Source of the DNA: Patescibacteria group bacterium
Lineage (GTDB): Bacteria; Patescibacteriota; Minisyncoccia; Phycocordibacterales; JACZSL01
Assembly: GCA_022574205.1 (NCBI GenBank)
Contig: JACZSL010000002.1
Location: forward strand, 11,965-75,964
Reading direction: 5' to 3'
DNA: 64,000 nt
How positions within the stretch are numbered: the stretch's first letter is position 1; each line of letters starts with the position of its first letter. Position numbers and translations under genes: made by a program. Of this stretch, positions 36,460 through 46,378 are shown piece by piece. Below the pieces are notes generated by a model. It did not search any database. It was not told the origin of the DNA and was given only the letters and a program-made list of their open reading frames with translations.

Positions 36460-37191
36460 TTATAGCCTCAGAATAAACATTTCTAGAGCATTATCTAGAG
36501 CGTGTTTCCCTCTACGAGCATCATGGTATAGCGAGACAAGGTGCGAGGAAAGTTGCTTTAGTTCTTCGGTAGAATATTTGCGTGCCCCTTGTTTTGCTTT
36601 CCGGTAAACAAATGGATTAAGCCCTGCCTCATCGGCTGTATTCGACATGTGGGCTAACAGCATTGTTTTTGTACCCCAGGTCAAAATACCGTGCATCTCT
36701 TCAGCGCTCGTATTATAAAGCTTTCCTTTCTGATATAAGATCCACAACATTTTTTTATTCCTTGCTACAAGTGCGTTGCTTAAATCAAAGATTTTAAACG
36801 GCTTAATGGATTTTTGGCTTTTTACACTCACATGCTCTTCTACTTTTTCAGCGTGTTTAGAAAACTTGCTTACGGTTTTTTTGTCGATCTTTCCTTCAAG
36901 GAAAATAAAAATATTGTCTGACTCAGATATTGCTTTGAGGTTATCTTCGATCTCCTCTTTAGCAACCTCGTTTTCTAACACAGTGTCATAAAGAATTATC
37001 AGCTTCGTTTCAAAAAGTCCCGCGCTTTTGGCCTTCTCTAGTATTTCTCCCTTTTCGAAATGCCAAGCGTCAACACGGAGCGCTGTGACATTTGGCTTTT
37101 TCTTTATTAAGATATCTAAAAGATGGTTTGCTTTCTTTCGCGCTTTTTCGCCGTTTGTACCATAAATGAGATAAATCATAATTTTATTCAC
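36460..37191 (-). CDS. holA: DNA polymerase III delta subunit-like (short)
   Basis: N-terminal IYLIYGTNGEKARKKANHLL... LFETKLIILYD pattern typical of HolA; 4-bp overlap with polA. Confidence 0.45.
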   Translation of the reverse strand: MNKIMIYLIYGTNGEKARKKANHLLDILIKKKPNVTALRVDAWHFEKGEILEKAKSAGLFETKLIILYDTVLENEVAKEEIEDNLKAISESDNIFIFLEGKIDKKTVSKFSKHAEKVEEHVSVKSQKSIKPFKIFDLSNALVARNKKMLWILYQKGKLYNTSAEEMHGILTWGTKTMLLAHMSNTADEAGLNPFVYRKAKQGARKYSTEELKQLSSHLVSLYHDARRGKHALDNALEMFILRL

Positions 37192-39557
37192 ATGCTCTTA
37201 AGTTCTCCCCAATTCCCACCATATTTCACTTCAACGACAAGTGGTACGCCTTTTGCTTGTTTTTGCGATAAGATATTTTCCATAATTTTTTTGAGCTCTA
37301 GCGCCACTTTTTTAACAAGTGATGTTTTAATCTCAAAAACGAGTTCATCATGTACTTGTAGGAGAAGACGGACGTTTTCTTCTAGTTTGTTTTTTACAAT
37401 ATAATCCGCAACTTTTTTCATTGCAATCTTAATGACGTCTGCCGACGTTCCTTGAATAGGTGCGTTTATTGCCATGCGTTCTGCATGTGCACGAATGTGT
37501 GGTAAACGTGAACGAATGTCTTCAAAATAGCGCCGTCTGCCAAAAAGAGTCTCGGTATACCCAAGTTTTGCGGCACTTGCCTTTATGTTGTCAAGATATG
37601 ACGCAAGTCCTTCATATTGTCTAAAGTATTCGTTGTAAAATTCCTGCGCCTCTTTTCTGTCTGTCTGCAAATTAGCACGTAGCGCGTTTACACCCATACC
37701 ATAAAGAATCCCGAAGTTAATTATTTTAGCTTTACGTCTCATTTCAGCATCAACACGATCCCCTGCCACATTAAACACTGCTTTTGCAACCGCCTGGTGG
37801 ACATCACCCCCACTCTTAAATATGCCCATGAGTTTTTTGTCGCGAGAAAGGATTGAGGCAATACGTAGTTCGATTTGTGAGTAATCAAGCGACACAAGTT
37901 CATACCCGCCCTTTGCGACAAATGCTTTTCTTATGTTTCGTCCGAGCTCGCTTTTAATGGGTATATTTTGGAGATTTGGGTTCCTCGACGACATACGCCC
38001 CGTAGTTGTTCCAGCTTGTAATAACGTAGTGTGTATTCGACTTCGTTTGTCGACCAACTTTGGAAGGTTGTCGATATATGTTGATAGAAGTTTCTGAAGC
38101 TCTCGGTAAGCGAGAATCTCTTTTATGATTGGATGCTCTTCTTTCATCTTCTCAAGTTCTGATTCTCTGGTAGATTTCTGGCCTGTGCTTGTTTTTTTAT
38201 GATTTTTGATGGACAGGTCCATTTTTTCGAACAAAATGTTGCCGAGCTGGCGTGGTGAGTTAATGTTGAACTTTTCTCCTGCGTATTTATAAATTCGCCC
38301 TTCTATTTTCGATACTTTGCTGTGGTATTCTTTGGAAAGTTTTTTTATGTATTTAAGGTCAAGTTTGATTCCTTTCTTTTCCATTTCCTCAATTATAGGA
38401 ATGAGAGGTAATTCTATTTTCTCATAGACAGAAAAAGTCTTGTTTTTTTTGAGCTCTTGGAAAATGTAAGATCGCGCCTCGAGAATATCCTTCTTCCTTG
38501 TAAACTGCAATATGTCGTCGTGTTCGGGAAGCGATATGTCTGAGCGTAAAACCCAAAGAGCAAGTGCAAGCTCTTTTTCCTCTTTTGGAGAAAGGGTTTT
38601 TTCATTTACAGATATAAGTGTGGCTTGTTTGTATCCAAAAAAATTCCGGGCGCGGTTGGAAAGCGTTCGAAAATTAAGGTCAGCAAATAAGTCGATGATT
38701 GTTTCAACGTTAACACTTTCGTGCCATTTTTGTGTAGGTAAAGAAAAATTAATCGGTACGTCGCGTCTAATCTCGCCAAGCATTTTTGAGAAGAGCGCTT
38801 CCTCTTCGTTGTCTTTCAGAAGCCTTATTATTCGTGGTTTGATACCAGCTTTCTCAAATGGTTTTTCGCTTTTCTTTAAAATTTTATACATAGACTCAAT
38901 GGTACCGAAATTTTGTATGAGGATAGTTGCTGTTTTCTCGCCGATTCCACGAATTCCAATTATATTGTCGGACGGATCGCCCCTTAAGCCTTTGAAGTCT
39001 GGTAAAAGCTCTGGCGGAAAGCCAAAGCGATCAATCACTGCTTCTTCATCGTATAAAATAGTGTCTGTTATCCCCTTTCGTAGTGTGTACACTTGTACTT
39101 TTTTCTTGTCAACAAGCTGTAATGTGTCCATGTCGCCAGAAGCTATGATGATTTCTATGTTTTTGTTATTCTTTTGTTTTTCTACAATTGTTCCTAATAC
39201 GTCGTCGGCCTCAAACCCTTCGTGCTCGTATATTGGAATGTTAAATACTTCAAATATGTCCCGGGATCTGTCTAGTTGACTGGATAATTCGTCGTCTGTT
39301 TCTCTTCGGCCAGCTTTATAGTCTTTGTATACTTCGTGGCGATACGTAGGCTTAGGAAGGTCATAGCAAGCAACAATATAATCCGGTTTTAAGTCACCCG
39401 CAATTTTAAAAAGCATTGCAGAAAGACCATACAGCGCACCCGTAGGCTCGCCGCTGGTCGATGAAAAGTCCGGAAGCGCGTGGTACGCGCGATGAATAAT
39501 AGCATGTGCGTCCAAGAGAATAAGTCGTGTTTTCTTTCTGTGTGTAGCTTTTGTCAT
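37188..39557 (-). CDS. polA: DNA polymerase I (5'-3' exonuclease plus polymerase domains)
   Basis: N-terminal 5'-nuclease (LILLDAHAIIHRAYHAL); polymerase motif A DYSQIELRI, motif B ...RRKAKIINFGILYG..., motif C QVHDELVFE. Confidence 0.9.
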   Translation of the reverse strand: MTKATHRKKTRLILLDAHAIIHRAYHALPDFSSTSGEPTGALYGLSAMLFKIAGDLKPDYIVACYDLPKPTYRHEVYKDYKAGRRETDDELSSQLDRSRDIFEVFNIPIYEHEGFEADDVLGTIVEKQKNNKNIEIIIASGDMDTLQLVDKKKVQVYTLRKGITDTILYDEEAVIDRFGFPPELLPDFKGLRGDPSDNIIGIRGIGEKTATILIQNFGTIESMYKILKKSEKPFEKAGIKPRIIRLLKDNEEEALFSKMLGEIRRDVPINFSLPTQKWHESVNVETIIDLFADLNFRTLSNRARNFFGYKQATLISVNEKTLSPKEEKELALALWVLRSDISLPEHDDILQFTRKKDILEARSYIFQELKKNKTFSVYEKIELPLIPIIEEMEKKGIKLDLKYIKKLSKEYHSKVSKIEGRIYKYAGEKFNINSPRQLGNILFEKMDLSIKNHKKTSTGQKSTRESELEKMKEEHPIIKEILAYRELQKLLSTYIDNLPKLVDKRSRIHTTLLQAGTTTGRMSSRNPNLQNIPIKSELGRNIRKAFVAKGGYELVSLDYSQIELRIASILSRDKKLMGIFKSGGDVHQAVAKAVFNVAGDRVDAEMRRKAKIINFGILYGMGVNALRANLQTDRKEAQEFYNEYFRQYEGLASYLDNIKASAAKLGYTETLFGRRRYFEDIRSRLPHIRAHAERMAINAPIQGTSADVIKIAMKKVADYIVKNKLEENVRLLLQVHDELVFEIKTSLVKKVALELKKIMENILSQKQAKGVPLVVEVKYGGNWGELKSM

Positions 39558-39558
39558 T

Positions 39559-40017
39559 TTATAAAAGGTTCAGCGTAATGTCTCTTGTTGTTTCGTCTAT
39601 GGTTTCAAACATAACTGTGTTGATGCTTGCGGGGAGGGCGCTTGAAATAAATTCGGGCCATTCAATAAAAATGATGTTTTTGGGATCACCTAAAACTCGT
39701 TCCCATCCAAGCGTTAAAAGATCGTCTCCGCTTGTCAGGCGGTATGCGTCTATGTGGTACAAATTTGAAAAACGTTTGTTTTTTAGTGGGTAGCTTTTTT
39801 GAATTACAAATGTTGGGCTTGTGACGATTTCTTCAACACCAAATGCGCGTGCAACACTTTTCATAAACGTTGTTTTCCCTGAGCCGAGTTCTCCATATAG
39901 ACCGACAACTGTTGCTTGTTCTTGATCCTTGCTCTTTTCGAGCGAAGCCACAAAATCGTGTGCTACTTTTTCTGTGTCTTTAGAGCTTCTTGAGTGGATT
40001 TTCTTCATCTCGGTCAT
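39559..40017 (-). CDS. tsaE: tRNA t6A biosynthesis ATPase TsaE
   Basis: GELGSGKTTFMKSVARAFGV. Confidence 0.8.
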   Translation of the reverse strand: MTEMKKIHSRSSKDTEKVAHDFVASLEKSKDQEQATVVGLYGELGSGKTTFMKSVARAFGVEEIVTSPTFVIQKSYPLKNKRFSNLYHIDAYRLTSGDDLLTLGWERVLGDPKNIIFIEWPEFISSALPASINTVMFETIDETTRDITLNLL

Positions 40018-40109
40018 TGTACCATTTCATAATTAAAAAAAGAGAGAGGGTAGAAACGTGTGTGTGTTTCTCTCCTCTCTCGTTGTTCATCTGGGCGCCA
40101 AACGCACCG

Positions 40110-40541
40110 CTAGTGGCGTCGTATTACGGGGTCGTGATACATGATGTACGGCTGGATGTAGTACGGCTGGATGTTGTGGTAGCCGAATTGATAGCCGAGA
40201 TGTCTGCCGCCGTAGCCGAAAAAGCGTTCTGGGTTTAATGCCCTATTGACACTTTCTGCTGCTCCAGCAAGTCCTTTTATTGTTGCGATGGTGTTGTCAA
40301 AAGGTTGTGCCGGCCCAAGCCCTTGCCATATTGCGAAGCGAGGAAGTGTCTGTTGTTGCTGAACAACCATTACTGGTTGTTGTTGCGCGGCAACAACTGT
40401 TCTATCAACCTGCTGTTGTGGTGCGGTGGTGCTATTCTGGGTGGAATGCGTGTGTGATGTAACTGATGGATACGGTGTGCTTGTGGCGCATCCGCCCGCA
40501 AACACCACACTGATGAAAAGGACCAAAATTCGAATGTTCAT
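40110..40541 (-). CDS. hypothetical Gln-rich lipoprotein
   Basis: Signal peptide plus lipobox-like VVFAGGCATS. Confidence 0.4.
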   Translation of the reverse strand: MNIRILVLFISVVFAGGCATSTPYPSVTSHTHSTQNSTTAPQQQVDRTVVAAQQQPVMVVQQQQTLPRFAIWQGLGPAQPFDNTIATIKGLAGAAESVNRALNPERFFGYGGRHLGYQFGYHNIQPYYIQPYIMYHDPVIRRH

Positions 40542-40709
40542 GTCTACCTCCTTCGGTAGTGGTTATGTTCGTTTAACTTACTGTCTTAATCTACCCCTAT
40601 TGTATCATATTTGAGCTCTTTGTCAAGTGCGTGTGTATGCGTTGCTTGGGTTTTGGTTTGTCGCACTCGATTTGTAGGTGGTTTAATATCAGGCTATTAT
40701 TAAAGACAA

Positions 40710-42461
40710 ATGATTAAATTTGATGAAGAACGGCAAAATAAAAAGCTAGCCCAGCTCCGCCACAGGGAGGAGGAGGATCTTGCTCGCACTCTTTCTGTGA
40801 AATATGGGGTTAAGTATGTCGACCTCTCACGTGTTGCTATTAACACAAACGCACTGATCCACCTTTCAGAGGAAAAGTCCCGAGCCGCTGAGGTTGCTAT
40901 TTTCAATCAAGTAAGTAAAAAGTTGTCTATTGCTGTGCGATCGCCTAAAAAAATTGAGGTGGGTGCTATTGTACAGGGGCTAGAGAAGCGTGGGTACACC
41001 ACAGAACTCTATATGGTTTCTGTGGCAAGTCTCGAGCGAGCGTGGGTAATGTATAAAGAAATCTCGCATGCTGCTGAGGTTAAACGTGGTTCTGTAGATA
41101 TTTCAAGCGATGAACTGCAGTCAACGGTGGCAAAACTTAAAACATTCGAGGATGTGCGGGCGCTTATAAAAGAGGTGTTGAACATGGACAAAGCACATCG
41201 TGTGTCGCGCTTCGTTGAAACAATTCTGGCTGGTGCAATCGCTATTGATGCTTCGGATATACACATCGAACCGGAGGAAAAATATGTTCGTTTGCGTTAT
41301 CGCCTGAATGGCGTGCTCACTGATGTGGTTAATTTTGACATAGATATTTATAATTTAGTACTTTCCCGTATAAAACTCGTCTCTGGCTTAAAACTTAATG
41401 TTAGAGATTCAGCCCAAGATGGTAGGTTTAGTGTGGGCATTGATAATGTTGACACCGAGATTAGAACATCCATACTTCCTGATGCGTATGGAGAAAGTAT
41501 TGTCATGCGTATTTTGAATCCACAGTCAATTAAGATTTCTATTGATGATATTGGAATGAATCCTAAGCTCCTTGCGATTGTCAAAAGAGAGTTAAAAAAA
41601 CCAAACGGCATGATTCTTACAACAGGGCCAACAGGAAGTGGAAAGACAACAACTCTTTACACTTTCCTTTCAAAAATTCACACTTCTGAGATTAAAATAA
41701 TCACTATTGAGGACCCTGTTGAATATCATCTTCCTGGGATTGTGCAAAGTCAGGTAGACGGTAAGGATTATACGTTCGCCACAGGACTTCGAGCGGCACT
41801 TCGACAAGATCCGGACGTAATTATGGTTGGGGAGATTCGTGACGAAGAAGTTGCGAGAACTGCAATACACTCTGCGCTTACTGGTCACCTTGTTCTTTCA
41901 ACACTTCACACAAATACAGCTGCTGGTGCGTTTCCAAGGCTTATTGACTTAGGTGTGGTGCCAAACGTTATAGGTTCTGCGGTCAATATGGTGATGGCAC
42001 AACGACTTGTTCGCACGCTCTGTGAGCACTGTAAGAAAGAGGTGCCTCTACAGGGTGAACAAAAAAAACTTGTTGAGTACATCCTAGGTACTATTGAAAT
42101 TAAAGAGCAAATACCAGAAAAAATAGACACGGTATGGGAACCTGGGCAGTGTAGCAAGTGCAATCACTTGGGGTATGGAAAGCGTGTAAGTATTTATGAA
42201 GCTATTCTTATGGACAAAAAGATTGAGCAAGCGGTTGAAAGAAAAGCAAGTGAGCGCGAGATAGCAGAAATTGCTAGGAGTCAAGGTATTCTCACGCTTC
42301 GACAAGACGGTATTCTGAAAGTCATTCGTGGCATAACTTCCATAAGAGAGCTTGGACGTGTGGTATCTCTTAATGATAGTATTGACCAAGCTGAGCTTGA
42401 TAAGGTCTTTGAAGAGAGGGTAGCGGAAAATCCGATCCATAACCCTCTAAGCAACACTTGA
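40710..42461 (+). CDS. pilB: Type IV pilus assembly ATPase PilB (GspE family)
   Basis: N-terminal GspE_N-like domain; Walker A ILTTGPTGSGKTTTLY; Asp and His boxes; tetracysteine CEHC...CSKC. Confidence 0.9.
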   Translation: MIKFDEERQNKKLAQLRHREEEDLARTLSVKYGVKYVDLSRVAINTNALIHLSEEKSRAAEVAIFNQVSKKLSIAVRSPKKIEVGAIVQGLEKRGYTTELYMVSVASLERAWVMYKEISHAAEVKRGSVDISSDELQSTVAKLKTFEDVRALIKEVLNMDKAHRVSRFVETILAGAIAIDASDIHIEPEEKYVRLRYRLNGVLTDVVNFDIDIYNLVLSRIKLVSGLKLNVRDSAQDGRFSVGIDNVDTEIRTSILPDAYGESIVMRILNPQSIKISIDDIGMNPKLLAIVKRELKKPNGMILTTGPTGSGKTTTLYTFLSKIHTSEIKIITIEDPVEYHLPGIVQSQVDGKDYTFATGLRAALRQDPDVIMVGEIRDEEVARTAIHSALTGHLVLSTLHTNTAAGAFPRLIDLGVVPNVIGSAVNMVMAQRLVRTLCEHCKKEVPLQGEQKKLVEYILGTIEIKEQIPEKIDTVWEPGQCSKCNHLGYGKRVSIYEAILMDKKIEQAVERKASEREIAEIARSQGILTLRQDGILKVIRGITSIRELGRVVSLNDSIDQAELDKVFEERVAENPIHNPLSNT

Positions 42462-42641
42462 GTAAACAAATGCTTGGTGTTTCGTCTAAGGATGACCACA
42501 GATGAGAGCAAGCTCCGTCCACGGCGTCCTCGTCGGACAGCCAATTGCTTAGAGGGCTATGAACCGGATTTGGTTCAGAGCCTTTCTTTATCAAAACAGC
42601 CTCGTTTGAGACTGCCTTCAATTTATCATAAAAATTTACTT

Positions 42642-43652
42642 ATGTCAAGTGGTACTTCAAAAAACAGGGATGCCTTGCTTTTGGACCAAACACTCCGCCC
42701 GATTGGTTGGGATGAGTATGTTGGTCAGCAAAAAATAAAAGAAAATTTAAAAATCCTTTTAACCGCAGCGTGTGAACGCTCACAGCCTCCAGAGCATCTT
42801 CTTTTTTATGGTCCGCCTGGACTGGGGAAAACAACATTAGCACATTTAATTGCACGAGAGCTTGGCGCACAAATGAAAATAACAAGTGGTCCTGCAATTG
42901 AGCGTGTTGGAGATCTCGCGTCAATTCTTACAAACTTAAGTAGTGGTGATATATTATTTATCGACGAGGTGCACCGACTCAATAAAACAATTGAAGAAGT
43001 ACTCTACCCCGCCATGGAAAGTGGTGTACTAGATATTATTATTGGAAAAGGGCCGTCTGCGCGAACTATTCAGTTGGAATTACCGCCATTTACATTAATT
43101 GCAGCCACAACTCGTATTGCACTTCTTTCTTCTCCGCTTCGTTCTAGGTTTTCAGGCGGCACGTTTAGATTAAACTTCTATTCAAATCAGGAGATTGAGA
43201 AAATAATAAAACGATCTGCTGGGATTCTTAACGTGTCTATACAGGATGATGCGTGTAAAGAAATAGCTAAAAGGAGCCGTTTTACGCCAAGAACAGCAAA
43301 CTACCTTCTAAAGCGTTCGAGAGACTTTGCTCAGGTAAATAAATCCGACCTTACACGCCGAATGGTTGATGGCGCGCTTTCGCTACTTGAGATTGATAAC
43401 TTGGGTTTGACTGCTTCTGATAAATATTTACTTTTAACTATTATTCATAAATTTAATGGTGGTCCTGTTGGATTAAACACGCTTTCGGCCGCAACAAGTG
43501 AAGAGATGGCAACAATTGAAGAAGTGTCAGAACCATATTTGATTCAGCTTGGACTTATTGAACGGACGCCGCGTGGGCGTGTTACGACAGAGCGTGCTTA
43601 TGAGCACTTTGGTGTAAAAACCCCGGTAAATAAACAAAGTGAACTTTTGTAA
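42642..43652 (+). CDS. ruvB: Holliday junction helicase RuvB
   Basis: LRPIGWDEYVGQQKIKENL...LFYGPPGLGKTTLAHLIA...DEVHRL; start set at MSSGTSKNRD; the listed ORF has a 56-aa basic extension that is probably spurious. Confidence 0.9.
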   Translation: MSSGTSKNRDALLLDQTLRPIGWDEYVGQQKIKENLKILLTAACERSQPPEHLLFYGPPGLGKTTLAHLIARELGAQMKITSGPAIERVGDLASILTNLSSGDILFIDEVHRLNKTIEEVLYPAMESGVLDIIIGKGPSARTIQLELPPFTLIAATTRIALLSSPLRSRFSGGTFRLNFYSNQEIEKIIKRSAGILNVSIQDDACKEIAKRSRFTPRTANYLLKRSRDFAQVNKSDLTRRMVDGALSLLEIDNLGLTASDKYLLLTIIHKFNGGPVGLNTLSAATSEEMATIEEVSEPYLIQLGLIERTPRGRVTTERAYEHFGVKTPVNKQSELL

Positions 43653-43877
43653 ATGAGATTCCGTATTCTATGAGCTCGCGAAATAGAATGCGGCAAAGCG
43701 AATTTACCCACCTAAATTTTTGAACAAACATTATGACAAGAGCAAACACATTAAGAAAACAAAACGCGTATGTTACACTAGTGCATTATTTTGGTGTGTA
43801 TTCAAAAACTTGGGCGAGTCTAAGATTCTGTAACGTAAATTTTCGCTTCGCTCAAACTTACTAACAAAATCTAAGAT

Positions 43878-44408
43878 ATGTCTGGGCATAATAAGTGGTC
43901 AAAAATTAAACATAAGAAAGCGGCGACTGATGCTGAAAAAAGTCGGGTTTTTTCAAAACATGCCCGCTTAATTATTATGGAAAGTCAAAAGGTTAATGGG
44001 GATGTGAATAGTCCACAACTAAAAACAGTTATAGAAAAAGCAAAAAAGGACAACATGCCACAGGATAATATAAAGCGTGCTGTGAGTAAGGGTGTTGGCA
44101 CTAATATTGAACAAATTGAGGAAGTAACATACGAAGTATATGGGCCAGGTGGTTCTGCGCTTATTATATCTGGTGTTACTGATAATAAAAACCGCACCGC
44201 TGCAGAAATAAAACACATTCTCTCTCAAAAGAATTTGTCTTTAGCCCAACCAGGTGCCGCTTTGTGGGCGTTTGAAAAAAAAGATGGGAAGTGGGAGGCA
44301 AAAACAAAAATACATTTAAACGATGAAGATGGGGATGTTCTGAAGGATGTGCTTGACCTACTCGAAGATCACGTTGATGTAAAAAGTGTGTACACTAATG
44401 TAGACTAG
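43878..44408 (+). CDS. yebC: YebC/PmpR-family regulator, compact variant
   Basis: MSGHNKWSKIKHKKAATDAEKSRVFSKHARLI...; ~70 aa shorter than typical YebC. Confidence 0.75.
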   Translation: MSGHNKWSKIKHKKAATDAEKSRVFSKHARLIIMESQKVNGDVNSPQLKTVIEKAKKDNMPQDNIKRAVSKGVGTNIEQIEEVTYEVYGPGGSALIISGVTDNKNRTAAEIKHILSQKNLSLAQPGAALWAFEKKDGKWEAKTKIHLNDEDGDVLKDVLDLLEDHVDVKSVYTNVD

Positions 44409-44411
44409 TAT

Positions 44412-44936
44412 ATGACAAAGACACATAAAGACTTTGTGCGTGAACAAACAAAAGGTATTCGCGTTTGCTCAATTGATCCAGGGTATAGTCGACTTGGTGT
44501 TGCGGTACTGGAAAAAAATAAAGGTAGAGAGGTTTTGTTGTTCTCTGACTGCATCACAACGCCAAAATCAAAATTATTTGAAGAACGCCTTGTACTGATT
44601 GGAGATAAAATAAATAATATCTTAGACACTTATACACCAAATGCTATTGCGGTTGAAACCCTGTTTCTTACAAAAAATCAAAAGACGGTTATGTATGTTG
44701 CTGGTGTACGTGGTGTCATAGCCTATATTGCGGCTCAGCGTAAGATTCCATTGTATGAATATTCCCCTCCACAAATCAAAGTTGCTGTAACGGGTTATGG
44801 GAAGAGCGATAAGGAGCAAGTCACCAGTATGGTGAAGCGTCTAATTCCTATCTCAAAGAAGAAAGCGCTTGACGACGAATACGACGCTATTGCTGTCGGT
44901 CTTACATGTTTTGCTATTGAGAAAACACTTAAGTAA
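44412..44936 (+). CDS. ruvC: Holliday junction resolvase RuvC
   Basis: IRVCSIDPGYSRLGVAVLE...; conserved yebC-ruvC adjacency. Confidence 0.85.
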   Translation: MTKTHKDFVREQTKGIRVCSIDPGYSRLGVAVLEKNKGREVLLFSDCITTPKSKLFEERLVLIGDKINNILDTYTPNAIAVETLFLTKNQKTVMYVAGVRGVIAYIAAQRKIPLYEYSPPQIKVAVTGYGKSDKEQVTSMVKRLIPISKKKALDDEYDAIAVGLTCFAIEKTLK

Positions 44937-45017
44937 GGTTCGCTTACCGGTATGGGTGGTTTTAATGGTTATATTATGGTCCGATAGGATTATTTACTCA
45001 CCTGTTCGGTTACTACT

Positions 45018-46238
45018 CTATGTTTTTACACGTATACGAACGAAGCGTTTCTTCCCAACCCTAAGATCGGTGTTGTTATCTACTTGGTGTTTTATGTCGC
45101 TAATTTTTTCTCTCGTACTGATAACAGTTATGGCTCCTGACTCGATCAATCTTCGGTAATCGTTTTTAGATCTAACCACACCAGCTTCAACAAGAGCGTT
45201 TATAAGCAATGTTCCTTTTTTAACTAAAATTTTTAGTCCTTCCTCTGGCATTGTTCCATCATGGAATGCTTCTTTAAAGCTCTTTTCTGCTTTGTTTGAT
45301 TTTTTGTTCCCGTGATACATCTCTACAATTTCTCGAGCTAGATTACTTTTTGCGTCTTTATGGTGAAGGCTTCCTTCAAGAAGTCCTTGACGTATTTTTT
45401 GTATTTCTTTAAGTGGTACGCGTGTACATAGTGTGAGATAAGAAATGATTAAGTCGTCTTTAATGCTCATAATCTTACCGTACATATTATCTGGAGCGTC
45501 GTTTATATTAACGTCGTTCCCCCAGCTGGAGCTCATTTTGCGCCCGTCTAGACCTTCGAGTATTGGTGTTGTTAGTATGTTTTGTGGTCTTTGGTTGTAA
45601 TGTTCTTGGAGTTTTCTTCCGGAGAGAAGATTAAACCATTGGTCTGTTCCTCCAATTTCTACGTCAGCCCTAACCACAACACTATCGTACCCCTGCATGA
45701 CTGGATACAAAGTTTCGCGTAGCGAAACGCGTGTTCCGCCTCTTAAGCGTTTTTTTATATTATCGCGCGCAATAAAATCAGCTACTGAAAATTGGTTTGT
45801 TTGTTCGCAAATTTCTTGGTATGTAAGTTTCCTCAGCCATTTTGAGTTTAGATATCGCTCTGTTTTTCTAAGATTTAGAATTTTTCCTGCTTGTTTAAAA
45901 TATGTTTTCCTGTTTTCCTCGATTTGTTTGTGTGTAAGTTGTGGTCTTTCACTTTCCTTGTCTGAAGTATCCCCAATAACTCCTGTGAAATCACCAACAA
46001 TAAAAATAATGGTATGACCAAGTTTTTGAAAATCACGAAGCTTTAGGAGTGGGACACTTCGTCCTAGATGAATATTAGGACTCGTTGGATCAATGCCAAA
46101 TTTAATTCGAAGCTTGCGACCGCTCTCTAACTCATTTTTCAAGTGTTCCTCGACAACAATTCTATCAACGCCACGCTCGAGAACTTCATTGAAGCCCTCG
46201 GTTGTTATATGATCGTTCTTTTTGTTTGTAAAAAACAT
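45018..46238 (-). CDS. tyrS: Tyrosyl-tRNA synthetase
   Basis: HIGH-type GIDPTSPNIHLG; KMSKS-type GRKMSSSWGN; C-terminal S4 domain. Confidence 0.9.
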   Translation of the reverse strand: MFFTNKKNDHITTEGFNEVLERGVDRIVVEEHLKNELESGRKLRIKFGIDPTSPNIHLGRSVPLLKLRDFQKLGHTIIFIVGDFTGVIGDTSDKESERPQLTHKQIEENRKTYFKQAGKILNLRKTERYLNSKWLRKLTYQEICEQTNQFSVADFIARDNIKKRLRGGTRVSLRETLYPVMQGYDSVVVRADVEIGGTDQWFNLLSGRKLQEHYNQRPQNILTTPILEGLDGRKMSSSWGNDVNINDAPDNMYGKIMSIKDDLIISYLTLCTRVPLKEIQKIRQGLLEGSLHHKDAKSNLAREIVEMYHGNKKSNKAEKSFKEAFHDGTMPEEGLKILVKKGTLLINALVEAGVVRSKNDYRRLIESGAITVISTREKISDIKHQVDNNTDLRVGKKRFVRIRVKT

Positions 46239-46378
46239 GTACCAACTTTATCATAATTACCGCTCTTCTGAAATTCACTACTCGTCGTTTTTCTGTTGCG
46301 GAAAATGGTGTTTTATTCGTATAGCTTACTTACGCACCAGTGTTGTTGTCGTTGCTGTTTTAGGCTACCATTTACCAC

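Noticed and set aside
38512-39279. 255-aa plus-strand ORF inside polA
   Set aside because: Antisense to the conserved PolA polymerase domain; Ser-rich low complexity.
42474-42641. 56-aa N-terminal extension of ruvB (MVFRLRMTTDESKLRPRRPRR...)
   Set aside because: RuvB homologues begin at MSSGTSKNRD...LRPIGWDEYVGQ; the extension is Arg-rich and follows the pilB stop, so it is probably an ORF-caller artefact.
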